A stretch of 64,000 nucleotides of DNA from Octopus vulgaris (taxonomy: Eukaryota): contig OX597815.1 in assembly GCA_951406725.2 (NCBI GenBank), positions 92,814,001 through 92,878,000 of the forward strand, given 5' to 3'. The notes under the pieces were generated by a model, which saw only the letters and a program-made list of their open reading frames with translations, was not told the origin of the DNA and made no database searches. Of this stretch, positions 51,174 to 64,000 are shown one piece after another (position 1 is the first letter of the stretch; each line of letters opens with the position of its first letter). Both the position numbers and the translations under genes were made by a program.

Positions 51174-51321
51174 CTTTAATTCTCCCAGTTATATAGAGAA
51201 AATCTTTATCTTTCTTGCCAATATCGCCAGAGTGTAACCAACCATCCTCATCAATGGCTTCGTTAGTTTTCTCTGGAGTTTTCAAGTAACCCATGAACAC
51301 GTGTCTGCCATTCATACAAAC
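51174..51321 (-). CDS. ACSBG2: ACSBG-like exon ([12 protein letters not shown]...GWLHSGDIG...ITGRIK)
   Basis: tag acceptor, gtaact donor, 148 bp; fatty acyl-CoA synthetase signature. Confidence 0.96.
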
Positions 51322-54234
51322 CTATGTATAAAATAAAAATTCACAAGTTATAAATTTAAAATAGACTTATTTTAAAGCAGAGCTTTACAAATTTTTCACA
51401 TTAGTAACACTTAAAAAAAAAAAGTGTCCCAGTTTAGAAACAGCTTTAAAAGGTTGAAATTTTAAATCATGAGGTAACAGTAGCAAGAAGAAAATATGCT
51501 AACCTTTATAAAATCGGTCTTTCCATGGACTGTGAAAATTGATGTTTTTACAACTCAAGTAAAAATGTCCAAGTAACTTTGCATTTATTCACATCACCAA
51601 ACAGTGGGGTATTGTGTGAATAAGCACAACAAACCAGACTGCACAGGAAATATTTTTGCGCACATTAATACTAAGAAAAAAATGTAGTTACTCTCAAAGA
51701 ACAATATAATAGAATTAGCTTCATTTAAAATGTATTCAATTTCCAAAGGGAAATGCACAGGCTAATGACAGAGTCTCTATATGGTCAATCAACCAGCTAG
51801 AAACAGCAACCAAATCCTTAAATCATACAACTATGCCTGCCTGCCTCTCTCTCTCTACACACACACACACACAGAGTTGGTTCATAAAACTTGGCCATGG
51901 AAGAGTGGATATTTTAAAGATGCATCTGTTGAAGCAAGAAATATTTTGTCAAAATGATTAAAATAGTTAGAATTCGGGCCTTAGTTTAAGGGAATAATTG
52001 GCAATGCAAGATGACTTTCTACAACTAAGACAAAATATTCATTGTTTTTTGTGTAAAAGAGGAGAGAATTATGCATTCATATCCATTTCCTGTCTTCTTA
52101 GAGGTGAGGGTAAAATTAATAAAGTTAAAATGTTTAGTCTGATGTGTTGAAGGCTAGTAACTGAAAATTTTTCTCTGCTCATGTTTCCCTTTGCAGATGA
52201 ATATAGACCTGAAGAGGAAAGGCTGTCGTAGTGCAGAGTTTAAAGCAAGACCAGGCAATTTATTTTTCATGTACCACCCACTTTTAAACATTGTAAAGTT
52301 GGAAAGCCACCAAAATAATTTTTCAATCAAGTTATAGTTATTAGAGTTTAAATAAAATTTAATGATTAAAGTTTTATTTACTCATGAACAAAAACACAAG
52401 AGAAGCAGAACTTCCTTTCTACAGATATCCATATATTTTTGGATTGCATAGCACACTAGAAAACCAAAAATAAAACTAAGCAAACAAACATAAAATATTA
52501 ACAGTTACTCAGGGCATTCCTAGAGCTTCATTAAATGTCAAAGCATTGAGAAAGTCTTGTTAGTGAGAGGTAAGTCTCTTCTGTAACATTGAGGCAATTT
52601 TATGATTTATCAACACCTGATGCAACCTGGAAAATGCTGTTTCAACAAGATACACGGTAGGAGAGAAATTCAAGTTTGGATCCCAAATCTTATCTTGTTT
52701 ATCAAAGTGACTTTATAACCTTATTTGTATACCAGTTTGGAATCAGTATCATCACATGAGAATGTTGTGAACTAAACAGACCCATTACCTTTTCTTCGTC
52801 AATAATGAGAGGATCAAAGATATCACACTAATGATGTTTACAAATCCAGATTCTAAGTCATCATCAAATTTAAATGGCTTTCCAAAACACACAATCACTG
52901 TCTGATAATTCCTCTGCAACCTCTGCAGTTGTTGGGGAAATAATACAAATCTTTACAAAGGACTTAAAAATAAAGTTGCATTTTTGGTCCATAAAAAAAA
53001 TGTTAATAAGAGACATTAACCTGCAGTTTATTTATGTGAATCTTTCAAATTATTTGTCATTGATTCTAACTTCCAAATCAGACAAAATATTGAATACACT
53101 GTCAGACAATTTCCACAAGCAGGCACAGACAGTTGCCCTTGGAAGATATACTTATGTATTAAGCTGTAATTTCTCGAATTATTCCTCATTTTCAGTACAC
53201 AGTTGTTAAAAAAAATTTTGCTAAACATTTAATCTTATCTTCACTACAGAACAATGTGATTTGATACAAGTGTGGACTGAAGTGTCTTGCATTAACAAGT
53301 TAATGGATTATTCAGTTAAATGCAATTAGAACTTTTTGAATATGACCTCATCCCTGACCCATGTCAACCAACTGTACAGTGGCTCCATAAGTTATACAAA
53401 AAAATGTTATTAATGGGAATATTGTAATAATTTTTAGTAAAGAAACTCACTGAGATGAAGAGAGACTCACCATTTATATTGGTCTCCAGCTTTCAGTAAA
53501 AGATATTTCTTTTTGAAATGCACCCCAATTAAATATTACACACCTGGTCAGTAGTAATACCATTAACAGATTTATCCAGCTGTATGAAAAATGTTCATTC
53601 ATAAAGCTATTCAATTGACTGGTTTTTCATATCTGTTGTCTCATTGATCTTATTTTTTATGGTTTCAGACACTTAAAGGATTAAGTTTCAGCACATCACC
53701 TGTATTTTTATGCATCATAGGTAAAATCTTTTACGAGTATCACTAATTGGTCAACCACAGAATGTAATTTGTTGCTTTTGGCAATTATGCTGATAGACTA
53801 TGACAACCAAATCATTAAAAGCAAATAGGTTGACATAAGTAAACAATGCAATAAAATTTTATTTTCCAAATTTTTTTCTTGAGTATATTGAAATATGCAA
53901 ATGGCTTCATTTCTTTTGTCACTCAATTTTAGTTAAATGGTCTTACAGTCTCAATAATTTCATAGCATCATTTGAGAATGCTTTCAAATGAAACATCAAA
54001 AGACAAGTATCTATTGGTGATTGGATAAATCCCAATGTAAGATAATAGGAGTACCAGCAACAACTTTTTGATATTATAGGAAAATACAATATAAAAATGT
54101 GTCAATTGTAGGTAAATGCAAAATGATGTAAAAGCTGATGTGAGAAGGAATAGTCTTTGTCATTTGTTTCTTGTATTGCAGTTGTGTATGCTACAGCATT
54201 AGTTCAAGCAGGAACAAAAGCCTGACACCCACCC

Positions 54235-54500
54235 ATCATCATTTAATATTCACTTTCCATGCTGGCATAGGTTGGATGGTTTGACAGGAGCTGGCTGGCA
54301 TGGGTTTTTTTATGGCTGGATGCCCTTCCTAACACCAACCACCCCACAGAGTAGACAGTGATTTTTAGGTGATACCAGCACACGTGAGGTCAGTTTTGGC
54401 ATTGAATTTTATAGTTGGATGCCCTTCCAAATATCAACCACTTTACAGAATGGACTGGATGCTTTTCATGTGGCACCAGCACTGGCAGGGTCACACACAC
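54235..54500 (-). mobile_element. RTE-tail element
   Basis: catcatcatttaa...ttccatgctggcat...ggatgcccttcc (twice). Confidence 0.7.
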
Positions 54501-54811
54501 AAAAAAAATCCTTTGAGAGGGGATGGGTCATCAGAAGAGGTGATCATTCAAAAAGAGGTCAAGCACTCACTGCAGTCAGCCAAGCTACTGGTGTTAATGT
54601 CTCAGTTGCCAATAGCCTAAAAGGGCAGGAAGGAATAGAAATGAATAATATACTGCCAGCAAGTTCAGAGAATATCGTCTGAGTATATTTACTGCAGCAG
54701 CAGAGAATATATACAGTTACTGCTATATTTATTTTAATTGTAAGAGAGATGGGGACACATAGTAAAACTGAAAAAACTTCATTAAAAAGTTAAATATATA
54801 CAAGTCCTCAC

Positions 54812-55112
54812 CTCACCATTACCATCACCGTCCACAGAATGTAACAATGTCTGCACACCACACAAGTCACATCCTACACTTCCAACTTTAAATTTCTTAG
54901 GAACAGATATTGTGTGTGGACCAGTACTTTCACTCATGCCATAAATTTCTAGAACTGGAATGTTAAGACTCATCATAAAATCAAGAGTTTCCTTCATAAT
55001 TGGTGCGGCAGCAGTGAGGCACATCTTACACCGGTCAAGTCCAAGAGTGGACCTCACTTTCTTAAATACTAAAACATTTGCCACAGGCCAGAGAAGAGGT
55101 TTTGAAGTCCGT
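54812..55112 (-). CDS. ACSBG2: ACSBG-like exon (RTSKPLLWPVANVLVFKKVR...YGMSESTGPHT...GDGNGE)
   Basis: ttcag acceptor, gtgagg donor, 301 bp; YGMSE adenylation motif. Confidence 0.96.
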
Positions 55113-57321
55113 CTGAAAAAAAAAATAAAATAAATAAATAAAATCATAGGATTGATCACCAATAATAATTTTTAAAAACACAAAAATAAGAAAAATAAAA
55201 AAGTGAGGTAAAGTGAAAGGAAATTAGTGAAGAAATAAAACTGAACAATGTTATAAAACAAACAGATGTTGTGAAACATCAATAGTGACACACAACAGAA
55301 TGACTAAATCACACAAACTAAATACAGTAAAAAAAGCAGGGATTTGAAGGTGATTAAAGTTATTACATACTGGCTCAAGTATGTGCTGAAATCTAACTTT
55401 CAGTAGCTTTTATCATTACTCATCAGAAGGATAAATTTATTTGAGCAGACCAATGAAAACTGGTAGTAATACTCAGAATAGTAAAAAAATAAAATCTGTC
55501 TCAATGTGCCTAAAATTCATCCAGCTCAGATCACTATTTTTTTTTATCATCATGTAATCATACAAACATCTGATGATACTGGCATAAATCAAAGCTAATC
55601 CAAGAGCTATAAAATATAAAAACCTATTCAAAAATAGTTTTTTCCAGGTAGACACATGAGATAGTGTATACTGTGTTATGTCACCAATGCAACCCAACCC
55701 AACCATGCCAGTAACACTAGATGGTCATTAACAGCTTTCACTTTCAGCCTTCCCAAACCTAGGGTCTAACATTTGAGCATAGAGAGGTTATAAGAAATTG
55801 ATGAGAAAACTCATAAGTATGGTCTCATTTGTTGACACCTATGACTGGGAAGTGCCAAGCTTTGGGATAAGCATTAACCAATAGAGGGATATAAACATAT
55901 TAAAATGGTCTTTTTTCTACATTAAATGCTAATATAGTATATTAATGATACTAAAATAAAAGTTCCTTGACAATCTACATATGATTGGTGAAGAATTTTT
56001 GGTTGATTTGTTAAACAGAAAGCAGACTGGGCTATTAGTCAGAAACTAAAACAAACAAAAATATGGCAGTGCTTTTGGAATAGCTACAACTGTGCTTTTT
56101 AAACTACCCAACATACCTGGAAGAACAACCACAACTCAATGATTTGGTTTCTCTGAAATTAATACACAAGACAGGTTTTCTTACAAAAACTAATATCTAC
56201 AAGAGACCATGAACTAATAAGATGATGCACATATCTTCAGTTAGTATTTATGATTATTCTATGTACTCTATGTACTTTGGGCATAAACATATGTAGTTTA
56301 TATGCGATTTCTTATTTATATTTGATATTTTACATTTATTTACTCAAAAAGCTAAAATATTATATAGTTAACAACTGAATGTGTAAAAAGAAAATGACGT
56401 ATATGATACAAAACTAATATAAATACTAACTGAACACAAGTGAATTCTTAGATTTTACTAAATTAGAAATTCTGAAAACAGTAGAGGATACAGTTGGAAA
56501 AGAGAATAATAGAACATGCTTTTGAAAGAGTAAGTTTTTTTTTTATGTTGCAAGCATTTCATTGTAACAAATTTTGTAATACTGCAGTCACAAGCTTTAC
56601 TCATGCACAAACACAAGTTGTCACTAAACAAGCACTGACAACATGCTAAAAAGCTTTAATATGAAATTATTACCGCTGGAACTTCCCCTGGCTTTGAATG
56701 CTATCAAAAAGAAATGAATCTCTTCAATAGATGATCAATAGCCAGAGAAATAAAAATTTATTAACAGTTCAAAACTGATGCAGTAAATATATTTGAAGGG
56801 CCACAATCTTTTAACATTTCTAAGAGATAACTGAAAATTTATCAAGAAAAGTTACATTTTCAAATTTGTAGAAACCAGATGTATTCGTGGCAGAATACAT
56901 CTTATCTTTACAAAGAAAAGGAAAGTTGTCATGATATCCAATCTTTATTCAAAATATTGACATAGTAAAGTAAAATGACCCAATTTGTCCTATTTTGATT
57001 ACACTTCATAAATACTACTGTTGAAACATTAAACTCATGTAAAGTCTTATAAGAAACACCTTGTGAAGACAAGAATGGCATAAATAAAATGCTGTGAAGC
57101 TATTGTGGGCAAAATACCAGGTTATTTTACAAAGGGTCTGAATCCATCCAAGGAATCAATGTTATCATATAAGAAAATAGAAATAAGTAAAAATCTCAAA
57201 GTTTTAAACTGTATTCTCATGACAAGTCTTGTTTAAATACAGCTCAACACAAAGTATATAAAACCAGTCTAAATACAGCTCAACAAAAAAGTATATAAAA
57301 CTAGTTTAAACATTGGTCAAC

Positions 57322-57550
57322 TTAACCCTTTAGTGTTTGCATTATTCTGCCAAAATTAATGCATTTTCATCCACATTGTTTTGAACAAATCATGCATTAT
57401 CGTGTAGCTATGAGATTTTGATGAGGTAGCTGTTAATTTTTAAAACGATATTGTAGGGTTGGTGTGGGAGATCAGATCTGGCCAGTTTGAACATAGAACA
57501 GGCAGAATACTTTTGGCCGGATATGGCCGGTTTAAATGCTAAAGGGTTAA
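57322..57550. mobile_element. piggyBac-like MITE with TTAA target duplication
   Basis: TTAA-CCCTTTAGTGTTT ... AAATGCTAAAGGG-TTAA; empty paralogous site at about 60470-60485; related fragment at about 46330-46412. Confidence 0.88.
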
Positions 57551-57793
57551 AGCTTGTAGTTTAAATATAAATCAATAAGAATTGCTTAGTTAAAACTATA
57601 GGCTAAGAAAGAATGTAAGGCTAGTACATGTGCAGATCAACTTAAAAATTACTTTTAGATTGAAGGAAAGAAACATTAAGTTATAAATAACATTTTCTAA
57701 CACTTTCCCTTACCCAGTTAAAACAAAACTGACACAGTAATTGAAATTATCTGTTTAAATAAAGATTTCACAATAAAGTATGACATTTCATAC

Positions 57794-57975
57794 CCATTCA
57801 TACGGCTATAGTTTCCTTTCAATCCAACAGATTTAGCCCAAGTTGCAATCTTCTTTGTCAGATTACTTGATTCATGACCAACAGTTTTTATCCTTTCCAC
57901 AATTTTCTCCCAGACTCTGGGCACACCCAGGAAAAAGGTTGGACGTACTTCTCTTAATGTAACCGCTAGAGAACT
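57794..57975 (-). CDS. ACSBG2: ACSBG-like exon (SSLAVTLREVRPTFFLGVPRVWEKI...SRMN)
   Basis: ttcag acceptor, gtatga donor, 182 bp; GVPRVWEK motif. Confidence 0.96.
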
Positions 57976-58169
57976 CTGAAAAATAAAATTTTAAAATATT
58001 TTTTGTTTTACAAATCCTTATTATTCATATCTGGTAAAATATAGGCTTCAAGAAGCATTCATAGTGAATCCTAATTTGAAACTAAATCACAAATGACCCA
58101 ATAACTTTTTCCAAAAGATAAGATAGGTGATCTGAGAATGCTGAATAAAGTATTGTTTGGAAACAAAAA

Positions 58170-59088
58170 CCCAAGCCTTGTGAGCAGATATGGTAGACAG
58201 AAACTGAAAGAAGCCCATCGCATATGTATATAGTGACGTACGTACAGTTTGGTCTCATATGTAAGTATATATATCTAAATTTTGTACGACAATTATTCTT
58301 TCTATTCTTTCATTCTTTCCCTCAGCCTCTTCACACTTCGTTCTTTTGTTCCCCCTTCTCTTACATTCCCTGGCCTTCTCTTCGTGCTCACCTTCCCTCT
58401 TTCACTTCACTCTGTCCCTTTCATATTTTTTCTCGCTCCTCCTTAATTCTTCTATCTCTCTGCCTCTACTTCTCTCTCCCCACGTGACTGGTGTTTGATA
58501 GAGCTCAAACTTTCTTTCTTGGTTCCACTACCATCTGTGTAACATCTATATTCCTCCCTGTGCCTGTCAAATCTTATGTCCTATTATTTGTATTTGTGTA
58601 CCATTTGTTTTTTTTTTCCTGTCCTTGTTTTTGTATACATTCGCTGCTTTCTTCCAAGGAATCTAGTTCTCTTAGTTTAGTTTTTCCTTGGGGCTGGCCA
58701 GATTGGAGCAATCTCTAGTATAATCAGCCGAAATTGCAAAGATAATCTGGAATTCAACTGAGGAAAGAAAACTCCAAATGACCCGACCTTGTTTTCTTTG
58801 TATCATCTGTCTGGATGTTTTTTGTCCTTTTTTGCATCACCTGTCTGGATGTTTTGTGTTCTTGTCCCATTTTTGTATTTTATGTGTGTGTGTGTGTCCG
58901 TCCCCCCCAACATCGCTAGATAACCGATGCTGGTGTGTTTACATTCCTGTAACTTAGTGGTTCAGCAAAAGAGACTGATAGAATAAGTACTAGGCTAACA
59001 AAGAATAAGCTCTGGGGTCGATTTGCTCATCTAAAGGTGGTGCCCCAGCATGGCCGCAGTCAAATGACAAACAAAAGAATAAAAGAAA
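58170..59088 (+). mobile_element. SINE family B split by an approximately 650-bp pyrimidine-rich insertion
   Basis: Head fragment 58170-58222, insertion 58232-58880 (its 3' part matches 37410-37540), tail 58885-59088. Confidence 0.75.
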
Positions 59089-59093
59089 CCTAC

Positions 59094-59261
59094 CTTTAAA
59101 GCATCTGGTTGTGCAAAGTAAAGTGAAGCGCCTGCTGAAATCGTCATATATATATCTAGTAACTGTGCTGCAACATGACTTAATGGTAGATAACTCAGGA
59201 TGAACTCATTGCCAAATTCAATGGGCGTGTTTTGTTGAACCACATGTGCTGTCCATGTCAA
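59094..59261 (-). CDS. ACSBG2: ACSBG-like exon (LTWTA...SYLPLSHVAAQ...FAQPDALK)
   Basis: cag acceptor, gtaggt donor, 168 bp; SYLPLSH motif. Confidence 0.96.
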
Positions 59262-59524
59262 CTGAAATATCAAAAATCTAGTATCTTCAACACTTTAAAG
59301 AGAAAAATGTCAAAACTGAAGGCATAACTGCATAACATGGCACAATCGTAGCTGTGTTTAAGTTAGCTTTATAACTAAGTGACTTAGAGTTGAATCTTAT
59401 GGCCCATCATCTGGACCGGGCAAGCACCTGGCAGTACAGTCTTAAAGCATGAGCACACAGGACCTTTGCCCAGGGGCATCTGAGGGTTAGAGGCCCGATT
59501 CTAATCTATGTATGCTGTGGTCTG

Positions 59525-59765
59525 CCATCATAATCATCGTTTAACGTCTGTCTTCCATGCTGGCATGGGTTGGACAGTTTGACTGGGGACTGTCAAGCCA
59601 GGAGATGTTTCTACAGCTGGATGCCCTTCCCAATGCCAACTACTCCGAGAGTGTAGTGGGTGCTTTTTATATGCAACTGGCACAGGAGCCAGTCAGGTGG
59701 CACTGGCATCAGCCATGTTCAGATGATGCTTTTTACGTGCTACCGGCACAGGATCCAGTTGGGGC
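59525..59765 (-). mobile_element. RTE-tail element
   Basis: catcgtttaacgtc...ttccatgctggcatgggttggacag...ggatgcccttcc. Confidence 0.75.
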
Positions 59766-60089
59766 GGGGGATCAAATATATATTGTAGGGCCCAGTGCAC
59801 CGATTTGTCCGGGAGCCTGGTACCATAATCTTAGGTTGACCAGTATCTTGTGAGTTGGATTTGGTAGACAAACTGTGCAGATGCCCATCAGGTAAATATG
59901 TATATAAGTTAAGGAGGGATGTACTGAATGTTAAACATGAATGAATTCTTTATTGAAATTTCCCTCTTTGTTGGAGCAAGGAAACAGAAACCTTGCAGCA
60001 AGTGTTAGTGACTCCCCAAAACAAAGGAAGGTCATTTCAAGAAATTATTAATCTTTCTTGGAAGAAAAGTGATTTCTTTGCAAGAGACA

Positions 60090-60131
60090 GCTATTGACAT
60101 GTTTCAGTCTGTTAGATCTCATCAGCAGCAT
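60090..60131 (-). ncRNA. Minimal hammerhead motif in an ACSBG intron (sense strand of the gene)
   Basis: GCTG CTGATGA GATCT aac AGACT GAAA CATG TC AATAGC; core intact, palindromic ACATGT, stems I and II imperfect. Confidence 0.5.
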
Positions 60132-60936
60132 ACGATTTTACCACACATGTATGTATGTATGTATGTTTGCAAAATAGCCTAATTCGTCATATTTTGATTA
60201 CGCTCCTTAAAATCTCTTGTAAATTGAGAAACAGCTTGTAAAGACAAGAATAGCATAAATAAAATGCTGTCAAGCTATTGTGGTCAAAATTCCAGATAAT
60301 CTTACAAATAGTCTGAATCCAAACAAGGAATCAATGTCATCAGATTATAAGAAAAAAGAAAGAAATTAAAAATATCTTTCAAAGTGTTAAAAGCTTTCAA
60401 AGTGTTAAGCTAAGAGAAGTCCAGTTTAAATATAACTCAACAGCAAACATATAAACTAGTTTAAATATTGGTCAACGTAAAGCTTATAGTTTAAATATAT
60501 ATCAATAAGAATTGTTTAGATATATTTAAAACAATAGGCTAAGAAAGGATGTAGGGCTACTCATGGCAGTGCCACATAAAAGCATCTAGTACACTATAAA
60601 ATAGTTGGCATTAAGGGCATCCAGCCATAGAAACCATGCCAAATCAGCCAAGAACAGCTCTTCAGCTTACCAGCTCTGGTCAAACTGTCCAGCCCATGCC
60701 AGCAAGGACAACAGATGTAAAATGATGGATGAATGTAGTTGTCCTTTTGTGATATTTGTTCTGCATCAAGTTAATTCTTTCACTTGATGTTATCAGACAT
60801 GCAGTGAACCAATGATTAAACCATTAGAACTCAGTAACTAATACAGCTGTTGTTTACAAAATGGAAATATAAAAAACTTAAAAATTAAATTAGATATTTA
60901 CATCTAAAGTAATAAAAATAGTAAAATAAATCTTAC

Positions 60937-60984
60937 ATTGTCATGGCTGATCATTACACCTTTTGGGTTACCAGTTGTTCCACT
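60937..60984 (-). CDS. ACSBG2: ACSBG-like 48-bp exon with the AMP-binding P-loop (SGTTGNPKGVMISHDN)
   Basis: ctgcag acceptor, gtaaga donor; completes YTSGTTGNPKG; too short for the ORF track. Confidence 0.96.
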
Positions 60985-61672
60985 CTGCAGAAGAAAAAAA
61001 TATTAGGCTGATACATAGTAACAAAACCATCACCTAAATCCTAACATGACTAATATTTATTAGTTAGCATTTTAGTAGTAGAGAAATAGACCCACCCCTG
61101 GTTAAGACATCTGTCAACCATAATTAGCTTCTACCTATAGCAGAAACTGAGCTAAGCTCTGCAAACCAATGAATTACTCAGTTCCATTGTGATAAGTGGT
61201 ACCCTCTTCAAGAGACATTTTGGCAATGAACATGATGAAACTCAGCTAGTTATCATGTAATTTATCAAGTACACTGTCCGCATCTTTCAGTGCATATGGC
61301 TGCCAAGGTGTCCACACCACTGGTTACACACAAGAGCACATGCATGTGTGTGCTGGATAAAATGATAAACTATTCCAAATTTTGCATAAAAAAACTATCA
61401 ATTGACCATTCTATGTGACATCATATTACGAGGACAGATTACTACACTGATGAAATGACAATCCACAAACTCAGGTGAAATTAGAGCAAGCTCACTTCAC
61501 AATGCAAAAGGAATAAAAATAGGCAATTCTAGAATCACTGTGCAAGATGGATTTACTGTAGATAGTTGCTAAATTCCAAGTAGATAAAACAGAATGGGAA
61601 ATATGAAAACTGTCAGTGAGGAATTCATTTCCATAAGAGAAATATAAATTATAGAAATCAAAATTCAAAAGT

Positions 61673-61703
<31 letters not shown>

Positions 61704-61745
61704 TGTTAAGACAAATTCAGCTAATGGTAAATTACTCAAACTTAC

Positions 61746-61847
61746 AGTGTAAATAAGTAAACAACATTTGTTTGGACTGATGGTCTGAAGTCTTTGATGA
61801 ACAAGTGACATTGGTAATTCAGCACCCATTTTCTTCAACTCTTGCCA
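61746..61847 (-). CDS. ACSBG2: ACSBG-like exon (WQELKKMG...PNKCCLLIYT)
   Basis: cag acceptor, gtaagt donor, 102 bp; ends in the YT of the AMP-binding loop. Confidence 0.95.
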
Positions 61848-62625
61848 CTGAAAAATAAACATAAAATTAAATATTAGTCAGACATGTGCAAATTACCTGA
61901 ATATTGGTATAGCTGCAGAAAGTCATGTAATTAAGTTAACTTTACAATCTCATGGTTCCAGGTGTAATCTCTTTGCAAATCAACTTTTAATATAACCTAT
62001 GCTTGACCAATTCCTATGAGTGCCAGTTGGTGAATGGAAATTGTGTTGAAGCTTTTATCCATATATTGGTGTAACAACCTAGCAATCCAATAAAGAGATG
62101 AATAAAATAAATTCCTGATTGTAATAAATTCCAAGATCAATATGATCAAGTGAAAGCCTTGAAGGTGACACTCCAGCAAGGCCACACTAATGGCTATAAT
62201 CAATGACAAAAGATCTGTACAGTTCAAGTAACTCAGAGATTGATGGAATTAGATTATAGGGGAACTTAGTATTGCTCTAACAAATATTTTATGGTGCCAA
62301 GGTAAACCCATCAGCCCTACATTATCTCTTAACATACTTTGGTGCTGTATATACAACTAACCAGACACTGCCCAATGATTAAGTAGTTCAATGTACAAGT
62401 TATCTTTAAAATTAGGTACAATTTAATACTCTGGTTCTTCTGTAATAGCCTACTTTTTCCTTTAATTCATGGCAAGTCCCTGGTCACAAGCCCTCTCGTG
62501 CCAATAATTCCCAATTATAAACCTATCTTAGCTAGGGTGGTTTTTGAAGGCTATGTACAGAGCTCCTTCCTCCAAGCCAAATCACTGAAAGAAGAAAGAA
62601 AAAGAACAAACAAAATCCAGCATAC

Positions 62626-62827
62626 CGAATAGATATTGGGCTCCTTAACAGCAACCTCTCCAGAATAAACAACTATTGCCTTCAAGTCAGGTAAGCTATC
62701 ACGTACTTCCAAAATCTTCTGTAATTGTTGATGATTTTCCACAATCATAATATTTGTGTTGCTATCTTTGGCAACAAATGCACAAGCTTCTGCTGTATTT
62801 GTTGTGTATATTCCAACTGATATACCA
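62626..62827 (-). CDS. ACSBG2: ACSBG-like exon (GISVGIYTTNTAEACAFVAKDSNTNIMIVENHQQLQKIL...IYS)
   Basis: tag acceptor, gtatgc donor, 202 bp, frame continuous; GIYTTN motif. Confidence 0.95.
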
Positions 62828-63202
62828 CTATAATTTTAAAATAGAGCATACATTTGACTTCTATCAATATTTCTAAAAAGCATGCTGGCTGTTTCAACAT
62901 TTACTATAATCAAAATTTTAAATAGAATAGTTAATGAAATATGTAACTTTATAATATGGTGTTACCAACTGAAAAATCTCAATCTCATTCAGGTTATGAG
63001 ATTTTGAAGTTTTAATTTAGGTATGAACACCTTAATATGGATGGTCTCAAGTAGTTGATATTAAAAGGAATTAATATTGACATTTATGTTGTTACCAAGA
63101 CTCTAGAAGGGATAGGTACAATTTATATTGCAATTTCAAAGAACAATAATGTCAGTTAAAATCCAATAGAATAGTGTACATAAAAGTGTTAAAGATATTT
63201 AC

Positions 63203-63291
63203 GCAGCATATATTGCAGCTAAATTGGAAATCAACCATTCTGGAGAGTTGAAACCCAGGATACCAACACCATGATGAGGCTCTAAACCCAA
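63203..63291 (-). CDS. ACSBG2: ACSBG-family acyl-CoA synthetase, first exon visible in window (LGLEPHHGVGILGFNSPEWLISNLAAIYA)
   Basis: ttttcag acceptor and gtaaat donor; 89 bp, phase 2 end joins the next exon in frame; GVGILGFNSPEW is typical of bubblegum-family ligases. Confidence 0.93.
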
Positions 63292-63477
63292 CTGAAAAAC
63301 AAAAAAAAAAAAGCTAAGTAAAAACATGCACAAAAAATTTTCCTATGTTTCAACTGCTTTACATTTGAAAAGTATGCTCCCTGGCATCCAAATTATAAAA
63401 GCTTTATCAACACACACACACACACCTTCATAAAAGCTTTATCAACACTCACCTTTCTAAAGGCTTTATTTAGCAAC

Positions 63478-64000
63478 ATTTAACATTTGTGTCCATGCTG
63501 GCATGGGTTGGATGGTTTTACTAGGGCTGGCAAGCTGGAAGGCTGCACCAGACTCCAGTCTGATTTGGTATGGTTTCTACAGTTGGATGTCCTTCCTAAC
63601 ACCAACCACTCAGAGTGTAATGGGTGCCTTATGTGTCACTGGCACGGGTGCCATTTGTGTGACACTGCTATCTGTCACAACTGCAATTTTGTTCAGCTAG
63701 ATGGGTATTCTTGTGTGCAATATAATGCCAAAGGTCTTGGTGATTGCCTGTGAGGCCCAACACTCAGAAGGAGTGAGACCCAATGCTCAAAAGGAGCTCA
63801 GCCACTTTGCCTCTGTGAGGCCCTACGCTTGGTGTTTTTCACATGTCACTGGTATGGGTGCCAGTTACATGATACCAGCATCAGCCACAACTACAATTTC
63901 ACCTGGCTGGACGGGTCTTCTAGTCATTGCCTCTGTGAGGCCCAAAGTTTGAAGATCATGCTTCACCACCTCATCCCATGTTTTCCTGGGTCTACCTCTA
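63478..64000 (-). mobile_element. RTE LINE 3' end (continues beyond window)
   Basis: Same UTR and RGRPRKTWDEVV coding end as 41545-42690. Confidence 0.85.

Noticed and set aside
55385-55432. Minus-strand CTGATGA gta...tact GAAA match
   Set aside because: Stem I only 2 bp and stem III weak; probably chance in AT-rich intron

Overview
Repeat-dense, AT-rich animal genomic DNA. The SINE and LINE repertoire and the heavy microsatellite load resemble an octopus (coleoid cephalopod) genome; this is an inference. The right quarter holds the 3' part of a minus-strand spliced gene for a bubblegum-family long-chain fatty-acid CoA ligase (ACSBG2-like). I traced 11 GT-AG exons in frame from 63291 to the stop at 46155 (565 aa); the 5' exons lie beyond the window. 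The rest is decayed mobile DNA: RTE, CR1/L2-like, R4/Dong-like and Penelope-like retroelements, a Gypsy gag relic, a probable solo LTR, a mariner relic, MITEs, a Helentron-like element and tRNA-derived SINEs. The most notable signal is a set of sequence-unrelated short elements carrying type I hammerhead ribozyme motifs with palindromic stem III. Several sit inside long inverted repeats next to (TA)n tracts. One 524-bp rod-like foldback has the hammerhead exactly at its apex and ends each unit of an apparently perfect 2887-bp tandem duplication, which gives a retrozyme-like layout. All alignments and folds were done by eye.
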